A DNA stretch of 64,000 nt from Candidatus Bathyarchaeota archaeon (GCA_963726255.1 CAVSBL010000002.1:1856001-1920000); one strand, 5' to 3'; shown: positions 30,797 to 40,128, numbered from the stretch's first letter. Program-made: numbers and translations. Notes: generated by a model from the letters alone, not told the origin.

Positions 30797-31729
30797 ATGA
30801 TGGAAAGGAAGAGTCCAAACAAACCGTACAGCCATCCCGAAGTCCTGGTCGAGACTGACTGGGTCATCCAACATCTGAAAGATGATACAGTTCGTATCGC
30901 CGAAGTCGACTACGACCCGGCCGCGAACTACGATCTCGGCCACATACCGGGCGCAGTACTCTTCGATTGGAAGAGAGACATGAGCGACCCTGTAGCCCGA
31001 GACATACTAACCAAACAGCAATTAGAAGACTTACTGTCGCAATCCGGTGTCACAGAGGATACGCTCCTAGTTCTCTATGGGGATTTCGACAACTGGTTCG
31101 CAGCCTTCGCCTTCTGGATTCTGAAATACTACGGGGTCGAGAAGAAAGTTGTTTTGATGGACGGTGGCCGGAAAAAATGGCTCGCAGAAGGCAAAGAAGT
31201 GACTAGGGAAGTGCCTTCCGTTGCGAAAACCAGCTTCAAGGCGAAGTCACCGAATGAAAATATCCGAGCATACCTTGATTACGTGAAGAGGTCGCTGAAT
31301 AAATCCAAGAAAGTCTTCGTAGATGTCAGGAACCCAGAGGAATTCACGGGCGAGATGACGGCAGCACCCGAATACCCCAATGAACATGTCCAGCGCGGAG
31401 GCCACATTCCTGGCGCAGTAAACGTACCCTGGTCGCAAGCCATTAAGGAAGATGGAACGTTCAAGTCCGCACAAGAACTACACAAATTGTATCAGGACAG
31501 AGGCGTCACCGCTGACAAAGAAGTGATCACATACTGCAGAATCGGCGAGAGGGCATCATTCACCTGGTTCGTGCTGAAATATCTCCTAGGCTATCCAAAC
31601 GTGAAAAACTACGACGGGTCATGGACAGAATGGGGCAACACGATGCGCACCCCAATTGAGAAAACCTATCGACCACCGAGTAAACCGAGTGTGTCCCGCG
31701 TAGATGCCTCATTACAAGGGCGCTTGTAA
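30797..31729 (+). CDS. Tandem-rhodanese sulfurtransferase (CysA/SseA type)
   Basis: GHIPGA twice, active loop YCRIGER, YDGSWTEWG. Confidence 0.92.
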   Translation: MMERKSPNKPYSHPEVLVETDWVIQHLKDDTVRIAEVDYDPAANYDLGHIPGAVLFDWKRDMSDPVARDILTKQQLEDLLSQSGVTEDTLLVLYGDFDNWFAAFAFWILKYYGVEKKVVLMDGGRKKWLAEGKEVTREVPSVAKTSFKAKSPNENIRAYLDYVKRSLNKSKKVFVDVRNPEEFTGEMTAAPEYPNEHVQRGGHIPGAVNVPWSQAIKEDGTFKSAQELHKLYQDRGVTADKEVITYCRIGERASFTWFVLKYLLGYPNVKNYDGSWTEWGNTMRTPIEKTYRPPSKPSVSRVDASLQGRL

Positions 31730-31928
31730 CCCCCTAGCGTTGCAACTTTCTGCCTATGACACGAGTCCCGTGCACTGACAGTATTACCACTGGAGCACTC
31801 AGTCACAGAAATCCTTGGGGTTCACTGGGAGCTTCGCAAGCAGCCGCCAGATATTGTTCCCCGGGTCTTAACGTTCCTAGAGGTTATCTTAGAGGGCGTA
31901 GATTATTTGCTGAAGAGTTTGAACAGAA

Positions 31929-32471
31929 ATGTCGCGTTGGAACCTAGTCCTCAGTGGTTATCCTGGTTCTGGAAAGACAGTGCTAGCGCGCCGACTGACC
32001 TCTGAGAATCCTGAGTTCGTGCGGCTCAGCGTAGATGATTTGCGCGACATGTTCTTCGGCCCCATCGAACCCCCGAAGGACGAGGAATTCGTTTACAACA
32101 CACTCGCCGCCCTGCGCGACCTAACGCTCAGAAGAGGCCTTAGCGTTGTGTTGGATTCCACATCGCCCAAGAACAGCACGCGCAATTTTCTCCTCCACAC
32201 AAGGGTCCCAGGCGTCATAACGGTCCTGGTGCTAATGATCGTCGAGAAGGATGAGTTGGAAGGGCGAAACCGTGAACACGGCGTACAAGGCGCTGTCGAA
32301 GCCTGGGATAAAGTGTGGGAAAAGCCTACAGCGAACATGCCTGCACTGAAATTTAGAAACAACTCCTTGAATGAATTCGAAACCAGCTACTATGTTCTAA
32401 CCGACCTTCTCAGAAGTAAGGTCCACCCCTACAGGCGCCGATTCTTCGCGGACCTTTACCCTAGGCTGTGA
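31929..32471 (+). CDS. P-loop kinase (AAA_33 / polynucleotide-kinase-like)
   Basis: GYPGSGKT Walker A, SVDDLR, VVLDST. Confidence 0.8.
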   Translation: MSRWNLVLSGYPGSGKTVLARRLTSENPEFVRLSVDDLRDMFFGPIEPPKDEEFVYNTLAALRDLTLRRGLSVVLDSTSPKNSTRNFLLHTRVPGVITVLVLMIVEKDELEGRNREHGVQGAVEAWDKVWEKPTANMPALKFRNNSLNEFETSYYVLTDLLRSKVHPYRRRFFADLYPRL

Positions 32472-32479
32472 TCATCCAT

Positions 32480-32953
32480 TCAATCCAGTGTCTTTTTCCC
32501 TCTGAGGGGCCCCGTTTTGGATATGAAGATAAGAGTTACTGCGAGCGTGAGAGCCGTCACCCACTGTGCCATGTTAGATTGGAATTCAGGAACCGCGACT
32601 TCTAGTTGGAAGTTTGCCGTATTCGATGAATTCGCTGTCACATTAACCGTTACGCCGTCAGCCCTGTATCCTGGAACATCAACCGTAACAGAGTACGTCC
32701 CAACTGGGACACGCATGAGGTAGACTCCACTCATACCGGAAAATACTTGGTAAGTCTGTTGGCCGTCACTGGCATGAACTTCCGCCCAATCAACAGGGTA
32801 CCCGTCGATTCCGACTACGCGTCCGGTAATCTCTCCTCCCAGCTCGCCGTAGTACTGCTGCGGCGATTGAGCCTCAACCAACCTACACCCAACCAGCAAC
32901 AACGCAACAAAGAGTGACGCCATTAGAATAGGCCGCATAAGTTCCCAATCCAA
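32480..32953 (-). CDS. Secreted carboxypeptidase-regulatory-like (Cna-B/prealbumin fold) domain protein with PEF-CTERM sorting signal
   Basis: Signal peptide; G.ITGRV..G.Y...VPVGTY.V....PGY; VPEF + TM + basic tail. Confidence 0.75.
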   Translation of the reverse strand: MDWELMRPILMASLFVALLLVGCRLVEAQSPQQYYGELGGEITGRVVGIDGYPVDWAEVHASDGQQTYQVFSGMSGVYLMRVPVGTYSVTVDVPGYRADGVTVNVTANSSNTANFQLEVAVPEFQSNMAQWVTALTLAVTLIFISKTGPLRGKKTLD

Positions 32954-32960
32954 CAGCTGA

Positions 32961-32987
32961 GTTAGTTAGTTGACTCAACTAACTGAC
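32961..32987. promoter_or_regulatory. 27-bp near-perfect palindrome, probable operator
   Basis: GTT-AGTTAGTTGA-C-TCAACTAACT-GAC, 8 bp upstream of the 32953 start. Confidence 0.6.
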
Positions 32988-33156
32988 AATAAAAGAGTTA
33001 GGAGTAGAGCATCACAGGGAATGTGAATTCCACAGCGATGAGTAGAGATCCACAAGAGATTGTAGACGTCTACTAGGTGTCCGTGATAAAGAGACATTCT
33101 TGAGATTCGGAGTCGGCTTACCCTTAATACGTTCTTTAGCGCCGAAGTACGTTGGC

Positions 33157-33339
33157 GCCGGGGTAGCCTAGCTAGGTAAGGCGACAGAGCCACCGGACAA
33201 CCGGGACGTCCAACCTCGAGATCTGTGAAGTATGGGCCAAGATAGCTGTTGGTCCTCTGGGCCTCGTGGGTTCAAATCCCGCCTTAGAGGATAATGACGG
33301 AACCTTGGAGGGCGGGGGAAACTCCCACCCCCGGCGCCA
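33157..33339 (+). tRNA. tRNA-Ser(CGA) with three introns (30/31: 33188-33213; 37/38: 33221-33243; 59/60: 33277-33322), CCA encoded
   Basis: Removing the introns gives GCCGGGG/CCCCGGC acceptor, GCCT/AGGC D-stem, ACAGC-CTCGAGA-GCTGT anticodon arm, GGTCC/GGGCC variable arm, GTGGG-TTCAAAT-CCCAC T-arm, G73-CCA; relaxed BHB motifs at the junctions. Confidence 0.88.
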
Positions 33340-33460
33340 TTAACTGAACCAATAATTCTGGTCTGAACATGTTTATCACGGCTTAGGAGGTAGGAAGTTG
33401 GCTGCTGCTTTTGGCTTCGACGGAATTATCGTCTCTTGACCAGTTGCTTGGGAGGTAACG

Positions 33461-34366
33461 TCAAGCACATCTGACGTTACCAAAGATTCCCATGATCTCC
33501 TTGATCAAAATCGCTGAAGTGAAGGCAGTCGTTCCCGCTCGTGAGTCGCAACGTGGTGAGTACTCAACGATGTCAGCCGCGATTATGTCTAAATCTGCGA
33601 TGCCGTGCAATATCTCAATCAACTGTCTTGTGGTCAAACCACCTGGTTGCGGATTTCCAACTCCGGGTGCATAAGCGGGATCTAGACAGTCAAGATCGAT
33701 GGATAGGTATACAGGCCCGCCTTGCAGCCTCTCTCTTATTGCAGAGCTGACAGTATCGCATCCTTTTGTGTACACGTCGTGCGACGTGTATTGCATGAGA
33801 TTAAGTGACCTGATGCGGTCATCTTGTTCCTTCGTCGAGGCTCTTATGCCAACGAAGCAAACCAGTCCCGAACTTGAGCCCTTTTCATCCAGTATTCTCG
33901 AGACGACGGTGGCGTGGGAGTACGGGGTATTGCCATAACTCATGTATAGATCTGGATGGGCGTCGAAGTAAAGTAGTGACAGTCGATTCCTCTGAATTTC
34001 CGATGCAACCATGAAGGCTGGGTACGTAACAAAATGATCTCCACCAAGGAAAAGCAATGGACTCCTGCCATGATCGTGAAGGGTTGCCGTCGAGTAGAGA
34101 GCTTTGTGAAGACTCGAATGTTTCTTAACTCTTACATTGCCGTGGTCGCAGACCTTCCAACGCTCCGTCAAGTCATCCCCTCGTTCCGTGAAGTGATTAT
34201 ACAGTAGACTGCTCGTTGCCCGCCTAATGGCGTCCGGGCCTCCGGCAGCACCGCGCGTGAAGGAAGAAGTGGCATCCCATGGTATGCCTACGACCACGAA
34301 ATCCTTACCGTGAGAACGAGTTAGGCCAAAGAAGCTCTCGCTCCGTTTGAATTTCAAACTACGCAA
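33461..34366 (-). CDS. speB: Agmatinase/ureohydrolase
   Basis: GPDAIR, GGDH, DAHPD, SIDLDCLDPAYAPGVGNP..GG, DIVEYSP. Confidence 0.85.
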   Translation of the reverse strand: MRSLKFKRSESFFGLTRSHGKDFVVVGIPWDATSSFTRGAAGGPDAIRRATSSLLYNHFTERGDDLTERWKVCDHGNVRVKKHSSLHKALYSTATLHDHGRSPLLFLGGDHFVTYPAFMVASEIQRNRLSLLYFDAHPDLYMSYGNTPYSHATVVSRILDEKGSSSGLVCFVGIRASTKEQDDRIRSLNLMQYTSHDVYTKGCDTVSSAIRERLQGGPVYLSIDLDCLDPAYAPGVGNPQPGGLTTRQLIEILHGIADLDIIAADIVEYSPRCDSRAGTTAFTSAILIKEIMGIFGNVRCA

Positions 34367-34474
34367 ACTTGCTCATCGCGGATAGCCGCCGCTACTTGTC
34401 TTATGGCTTTGGATATCTCGTTAGTCTGATTGCTGTAGGATTCAGCTACTAGGTTACTTCGCAGGTGAGGCTTG

Positions 34475-35209
34475 CTACTTTTCGAGAGTGACTTCGAAAT
34501 TCTCGCCGACCTTTAGTCCATGCCAACGTCTATCAACCCCGACATTCCGCGTGTTCCTGACTCGCATAAGGTCTCGCGGGGGGTCGCTAGTCTCATCAAG
34601 TCTGAAGTCTACCACGATCTCACATGCCCCTTCCAATCTCTTGTAGGCCCAGTCGCTGAGCACTCCTTTCATTACTCCGGCGACATAGACCATCTTACGT
34701 ATTCCCGCGATCGGAAGAAACCGAGTTAGCTCCAACTCCACCCAAGCTCTTTCGTCGTTAAACCGGGCAAATAATGAATCGTCATCGATAATCATCAGAT
34801 GTTCTGGGTTTGGGGTTCGCCGCATATCTTCCCGGGACATGATGAGGCTGATGTCTGCAACTTTCAAGGAATCCCAATGGTACTTTTCCTTTGATTTCTG
34901 GCCAAGCGAGATCGTGTACGCGTCGAAGATCTGCAGTCTCTCATATTCAGCATCTACGAACGTGTTCTCAAGTTGAGATGCATCCAGCCCGAGACGCTTG
35001 AGCTGTGAGCGCACCTGGTCAGGTGGTTGGGTTCCCGCCTCATAGTGAACACTTCTGTTTTCTGTGCTCTTCAACCAACCAGCTGCGATCGTAACGGAAG
35101 CGTTGAACCATTGCGAGGCCGGATCATACTCTACCAGAATGTTAGATCCTGCAGGCACTGGCCCAGAAGTTAGATCCTCAATTATCGGAATTCGTGTCAA
35201 AGCTGCCAT
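34475..35209 (-). CDS. Degenerate KaiC/RAD55-like ATPase-fold protein (no intact Walker A)
   Basis: TRIPIIEDLTSGPVPAGSNILVEYDPASQ in place of GxPGxGKT; C-terminal VVDFR..R.MRVR. Confidence 0.75.
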   Translation of the reverse strand: MAALTRIPIIEDLTSGPVPAGSNILVEYDPASQWFNASVTIAAGWLKSTENRSVHYEAGTQPPDQVRSQLKRLGLDASQLENTFVDAEYERLQIFDAYTISLGQKSKEKYHWDSLKVADISLIMSREDMRRTPNPEHLMIIDDDSLFARFNDERAWVELELTRFLPIAGIRKMVYVAGVMKGVLSDWAYKRLEGACEIVVDFRLDETSDPPRDLMRVRNTRNVGVDRRWHGLKVGENFEVTLEK

Positions 35210-35467
35210 TGAGGAAGTGTGAGATGTACATTGTAGGTTTTTCTGTGTGTGGGTCAACTGGTGCGAATGTCCGATTTTGCGCTCCTCTTTTTGTGCGTAT
35301 CAGTGTTGCGGTAGAACAAATTTGAACTTTCAAATTTCGTGATCATAATGGAAATCGGAAAATGAGGCCACCCAGAAGTTTATCTTCAAAGTTAGCGAAT
35401 AGATGTTCGGTGTGAGATTTGACAGAGATTCCTTCGAAAGACGAAAGTACGCCCCCAGGTTCGCGGA

Positions 35468-35683
35468 GTGAATTCAACTCACACCCGTCGGTTCAAATCC
35501 CACCCCCGGCGCCATTTTCCGAACCTACGGCGGGTCATGGGTGAGTTCTTCACCTACGCCTTCCGGATGCAAAAACAGGGCTACAGACCATCAACCATCC
35601 GCAGCGCCATCAGCAGCCTAAAAGCGGTAGCAAAGAAAGCCAACCGACTCAATCAGGATGCTGCGGACATCATCTCTCTCTGA
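35468..35683 (+). mobile_element. Truncated integrase-like remnant with the tRNA att site inside its reading frame (SSV1-type arrangement)
   Basis: RFKSHPRRH is translated tRNA 3' end, followed by FRMQKQGYRPSTIRSAISSLKAVAKK (resembles integrase N-terminal SAM-like helices); stops after ~60 aa. Confidence 0.65.
35484..35516 (+). repeat. att-like direct repeat: intron-less copy of the tRNA-Ser 3' end
   Basis: GGTTCAAATCCCACCCCCGGCGCCATT (35490-35516) equals spliced exon3/exon4 junction plus CCA-TT of the tRNA at 33157. Confidence 0.85.
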
Positions 35684-35727
35684 TGAAACGAAAACTCAAG
35701 AAATAGAGGGGTGAGCTCTTTCAGAGC

Positions 35728-37347
35728 TCATTCTGGAGGTACTTCTTTGTGAAGCAGGTCTAGGTCGATTCCGGCGCGCTTGCGATATGACCGGGCAAGG
35801 TAGTAGATCACCACGCCCGCTGCATATATTCCAACTACGAATCCCGTTGAGTATGGTCCTACGGGTCCTGAGAATGCTGGCAGTGCGAAGGACGAGTAGA
35901 GAATGAGGCTGAACAGGATTACACTGATCAATCCAGAGATGCTGATCAGGGGGATTCCAGCAATCTTCTTCTTGACGAGTTCTGGTGCGGCGTCAAACAT
36001 GTCCTTTCTTACGTAGGGGAATAGTAGGGCAGAGACACCCGTTATCCAGAAGCATACCGAGAAAATGACCGTGTAGTTCACTACGTAAGTGAAGAATGGT
36101 GTGAACACGTACAATGTCATCAGTACCCAAGCGACGAATGCGATGGTTACGCTGGCCACCCAAGGTTGTCCCGATTTGCTTACGGCCGCGAGCTTCTCAG
36201 GTATCACGCGGTCGAAGGACCATGCGAAGACGTTTCTGACACAGATGGTCATCATCACAATTAGTAGCAAGAACGTCCAAAGGAAGAAGCTAGCTCCTAT
36301 CAGAGCGTTAGCCAGTGGATTTCCTGCCAGTATGCCCGCGAAGAAGTTCACTACGGGGGGTACAGGGATTGGGTTAGCTGAGGGGTTATTGAGATTGAGA
36401 TAAGCTATTGCGTCGTTGAACTTCGCGCCTACAACGTTGTAGTATAGAGCGAAAGTGACCGCGTAGAACACGAAGCCAAAGAGCAATGAGAACAGAATTG
36501 CCTTGTTCTGGTTCTTCTGCGGTTCCTTTACCTCTCCACCGATGTACACAGAGTACGTGAACCCTATGTACACCCAGTATCCGATTGGGATTGAGAGAAG
36601 TGTAGCAATCAGCGAGGGGGCGGGTACGGAATACCCTTGGGTTGTGGCTGTTGAGATTATCGAATTGTAGGCATCCGGGAGATTCGTTGTCTTGAGCATG
36701 AAGGCATTGAAAATCTGGATGAACTGCGCATTATTGTAGGATAAGAATACGATTAATGTTGCGAAGGAGCCTACCGTAGCGATGACCATCCCGTAGGTCA
36801 ATATTCTTCGAACCAATCGGGTTGGCATTAGTAATATGACCGTAACCACGGCCATCACTATCGTGCCGACGACCCAAGTATAGGTTGGCGTCGCGATAAG
36901 ACTGCCGAATGTGATCATGCCTGCATCTGCAGTTTGATATCCTAATGTCAGTATTGCTGAAGCGAGTGCATAGTTCGTGATCCATGCCGTGTAGATTCCG
37001 ATTCCTAGGAATTGTGACCACGTGAAGCCCCAGTTGGACATGAACCCAATCGCTGGATGAAGTATCCTGCCGTTATAGACGTAGTCTCCGCCAGAGCGGG
37101 GCATAGCTCCGGCAAGCAAACCGTAGCACAGACCGTTGAAGACCGTCAGGATTGTTCCGATGATGAGCATACCGAAAATGTTTGCTCCTGGGAACAGGCC
37201 ACCCACGAACAGCGGCGTGACCATTATCACGAGGCCCAGAGCGAAGCCGAGGGTGTTGAAAGCAAAAGCATCGAAGAGGCCGAATTCTCTTGTTAGACCC
37301 GAAGCGCGTCGTACGAACATTTCAGGTCTTTTGTGACTTTCTGACAA
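35728..37347 (-). CDS. APC family amino acid/polyamine permease, copy 1
   Basis: FVRRASGLTREFG, MPRSGGDYV, GGEVKEP, FAWSFDRVIP; ~14 TM. Confidence 0.9.
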   Translation of the reverse strand: MSESHKRPEMFVRRASGLTREFGLFDAFAFNTLGFALGLVIMVTPLFVGGLFPGANIFGMLIIGTILTVFNGLCYGLLAGAMPRSGGDYVYNGRILHPAIGFMSNWGFTWSQFLGIGIYTAWITNYALASAILTLGYQTADAGMITFGSLIATPTYTWVVGTIVMAVVTVILLMPTRLVRRILTYGMVIATVGSFATLIVFLSYNNAQFIQIFNAFMLKTTNLPDAYNSIISTATTQGYSVPAPSLIATLLSIPIGYWVYIGFTYSVYIGGEVKEPQKNQNKAILFSLLFGFVFYAVTFALYYNVVGAKFNDAIAYLNLNNPSANPIPVPPVVNFFAGILAGNPLANALIGASFFLWTFLLLIVMMTICVRNVFAWSFDRVIPEKLAAVSKSGQPWVASVTIAFVAWVLMTLYVFTPFFTYVVNYTVIFSVCFWITGVSALLFPYVRKDMFDAAPELVKKKIAGIPLISISGLISVILFSLILYSSFALPAFSGPVGPYSTGFVVGIYAAGVVIYYLARSYRKRAGIDLDLLHKEVPPE

Positions 37348-37485
37348 TTTTCCTCGAGGCTACTGAACAGTGTTCGGATATATGCCTTGTCATATGTTGG
37401 CGAATATAGATTTGCAGTAACAGTAACTTCACACAATTTATAAGTTCCCCTACAGCCGCACGTAGCAAGCGGCGCTGTTACGAAC

Positions 37486-38430
37486 ATGAAGATTTTCTTC
37501 ACATCAGACGTTCACGGATCCGAGAAGACGTTCATGAAGTTCTTGAACTCGGGGAAGTTCTACAAAGCAGACGTACAAATCCTGGGAGGAGACATCACAG
37601 GTAAAGTTGTGATACCCATCTTCGCGGAAGCAAATGGGAAGTATCAAGTTCACTTTCAGGGTGGAGATTACACACTCACCCAAGAGGATGAAGTCTTGAG
37701 CATGGAGAAGCAGATTCGCGACGCCGGATTCTACAGCTTTAGAGCGAGACCTGAGGAAGTTGAGAAAATCAATACCTCCCCAGCAGAGAAGAATGCACTC
37801 TTCGAAAAACTCATGGTCGAACGACTCACGAGATGGATGCAAATCGCGGATGAAAGACTTAGTGGAACGAACATTCAGTGCTATGTCATGGCTGGCAATG
37901 ATGACGCGCACATAGTGGACTCAGTTCTGAATGGTGCGAAAGCAGTTATCAACCCGGAGGGGAAAGTGGTGGAGGTCACTGATCATTTGGAGATGGTCAG
38001 CTCAGGATATAGTAACATGACGCCGTGGAAGTGCCCTAGAGACGTATCTGAAGAGGAACTCGCGAAAAGGATTGAGGACATGGCGTCCAAGGTTAAAGAT
38101 TTCTCGAAATGTATCTTTAACCTCCACTGCCCTCCCTATGGCACAAACATTGACCAAGCGCCTTTGCTTGATGAGAAGCTTTCACCTAAGATGGGACCGT
38201 CCGGTATGCAGATGGAGCCTGTGGGGAGTAAAGCGGTGAAGAACGCGATAGAGAAGTATCAACCACTGTTGGGTTTGCACGGACACATACATGAATCTCG
38301 CGGCGTTTGCAAGATCAATAAGACACTCTGCATAAATCCTGGTAGTGAGTATGGAGAGGGTATTCTGCGTGGCGCTTTGATTAGCATAAAGAACGATCGA
38401 GTTGAAAGTTACAGTTTCACCTCTGGTTAA
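37486..38430 (+). CDS. Calcineurin-like metallophosphoesterase (Icc-related), copy 1
   Basis: SDVHG, GGDITG, GNDD, HCPP, GLHGHIHE, NPGSEY. Confidence 0.9.
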   Translation: MKIFFTSDVHGSEKTFMKFLNSGKFYKADVQILGGDITGKVVIPIFAEANGKYQVHFQGGDYTLTQEDEVLSMEKQIRDAGFYSFRARPEEVEKINTSPAEKNALFEKLMVERLTRWMQIADERLSGTNIQCYVMAGNDDAHIVDSVLNGAKAVINPEGKVVEVTDHLEMVSSGYSNMTPWKCPRDVSEEELAKRIEDMASKVKDFSKCIFNLHCPPYGTNIDQAPLLDEKLSPKMGPSGMQMEPVGSKAVKNAIEKYQPLLGLHGHIHESRGVCKINKTLCINPGSEYGEGILRGALISIKNDRVESYSFTSG

Positions 38431-38433
38431 CCA

Positions 38434-39210
38434 TTGAAGGTTATCTGCTTGTACATTGCTTCCCCTTTCGAGCAGCAGCTCTTTGATGAAGGTAAGAGAA
38501 TTCTCGATACGGCACGCGACAGAGGCATTGTACTCCGACTTCTTGGAGCGTTAGCCATCAGAACGCACTGTCCCGAGTTTTCGTACATACATGAGAAAGC
38601 AGGTAGAACGCTTTCAGACCTCGACATGGCCGCTTACCAAAAGCAGGGCCCAGAGATATCGCGCTTCTTCAAGGATGTAGGTTATAGGCACTCGGCATTG
38701 GCTGCAATTCCCGGCTTGAAAAGGGCCGTTTTTCTTGGCGACGGGGAATTGCACGTCGACATATTCTATGAAGGTTTAGAGATGTGCCACGATATTTCCT
38801 TCAAGGATAGATTGGAGGTGGATTACCCAACCATCCCTTTGGCGGAACTCCTCCTTGAAAAGATGCAGATCGTTCAGATTAACGAAAAGGATCTCATCGA
38901 CACGATAATGCTCCTAAGAGAGCATCAAATTAGTGACAACGACAAGGAGGCCGTGAATGGACCTAGGATAGCCAGCCTATGTGCAGCCGAGTGGGGGCTG
39001 TGGAGAACTATCACTATGAACCTGGGCAAAGTCACTAATTACGCCAAGTCTTTCGCCGCTATCCAAGACGAAGACAAGAGGGACGTCACAGAGAAAATCG
39101 ACCAACTGCTGAAAATGATCGAGGACGAACCGAAGACGTTCAAGTGGAAGATGAGAGCGAAAGTAGGCGATAGCAGGGTCTGGTACAAGACAGTCGAGGA
39201 ACGAGCATAA
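38434..39210 (+). CDS. Putative Pol-beta superfamily nucleotidyltransferase, copy 1
   Basis: LRLLGALAI...SDLD, HVDIF, LLLEKMQ..NEKDLID. Confidence 0.7.
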   Translation: MKVICLYIASPFEQQLFDEGKRILDTARDRGIVLRLLGALAIRTHCPEFSYIHEKAGRTLSDLDMAAYQKQGPEISRFFKDVGYRHSALAAIPGLKRAVFLGDGELHVDIFYEGLEMCHDISFKDRLEVDYPTIPLAELLLEKMQIVQINEKDLIDTIMLLREHQISDNDKEAVNGPRIASLCAAEWGLWRTITMNLGKVTNYAKSFAAIQDEDKRDVTEKIDQLLKMIEDEPKTFKWKMRAKVGDSRVWYKTVEERA

Positions 39211-39266
39211 GCTTCGTCGTCCAAATCATTGTAATCTGTCTTCCAGCATTGAAAATGCGCGCAGTG

Positions 39267-40127
39267 CTATCTTGGGCCTGACCCTTTCTCCAGAAGCATC
39301 TTGTAGAGCTCCGGTCGCCGATTATGGAAGTAATTGTAGGTTTCCCTCTCTCGATGTGCCTGTTCTAAATCAACCTCGGCGAGGAACATTTTCTCTCCTT
39401 GATCGGCGCTGGCTATGATCTCTCCCTGTGTCCCAATGATGCGGCTCATACCGTAGAAGTGGCTCTTCAGGTCCGGGTCGTCGCCGACTCTGTTGCATAC
39501 AGCAACCACAAGCCTATTCTCCAACGCGCGAGCGCGGAAACTAAGTTCGAACACTCTCTCTGGAAGCCCAGGGACACCTTCTGGCCAGTCAGCGACAAGA
39601 TGGAAGATTACCTCGGCACCCTTGAGAGCAAGTATCCTGGCTGTTTCGGGGAACTCAAGGTCGTAGCATATCAGGAGTCCCACCGTTCCAAAGTCGGTTT
39701 TGTAAACTGGTAATTCTTCGCCTCGCGTGAAGATGCTCTCGGTCGGAGGATACGTGTGCGACTTTCTGTAGTTGCCTAAGATCCCGCCTAGCCTATCAAT
39801 CAACACCGCAGAATCGAATAGTGTGCCGCCGGTCGATCTCTCGGCGAGCCCAACAATAACGTACACCTTGTTCTCTGCAGCTTTCTTGGCAACCGCCTCA
39901 ATTGTCGGTCCTGGAACCGATTCTGCTACATTCCTGAACCGCTCACCGAGCGCGTACCCTGCAGAGAGGATGAGTTCGGGAAACAGGACCACATCGGCGC
40001 GCTCAGCAGCTGCCTTGTCAATCCAGTCACAAACCTTGGAGAGTGTACTCTTAACATTCCCATAGACAACGTCCATTTGCACGCATGCTATCTTCACTTT
40101 ACGATTTGTAGTCTTCAATTTTGTCAC
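39267..40127 (-). CDS. Carbon-nitrogen hydrolase (nitrilase/N-carbamoyl amidase family)
   Basis: E-K-C triad: FPEL, YRKSH, ICYDLEFPE. Confidence 0.92.
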   Translation of the reverse strand: MTKLKTTNRKVKIACVQMDVVYGNVKSTLSKVCDWIDKAAAERADVVLFPELILSAGYALGERFRNVAESVPGPTIEAVAKKAAENKVYVIVGLAERSTGGTLFDSAVLIDRLGGILGNYRKSHTYPPTESIFTRGEELPVYKTDFGTVGLLICYDLEFPETARILALKGAEVIFHLVADWPEGVPGLPERVFELSFRARALENRLVVAVCNRVGDDPDLKSHFYGMSRIIGTQGEIIASADQGEKMFLAEVDLEQAHRERETYNYFHNRRPELYKMLLEKGSGPR

Positions 40128-40128
40128 T

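Noticed and set aside
31929-32471. PSTK / tRNA-Sec system with the nearby long-variable-arm tRNA
   Set aside because: The tRNA has anticodon CGA and a normal 7/5 fold; the kinase lacks a recognisable PSTK C-terminal domain
35484-35516. 3' half of a trans-spliced split tRNA
   Set aside because: T-stem has a C-C mismatch, no complementary leader to a 5' half is visible, and the fragment lies in an integrase-like frame; an att site is simpler
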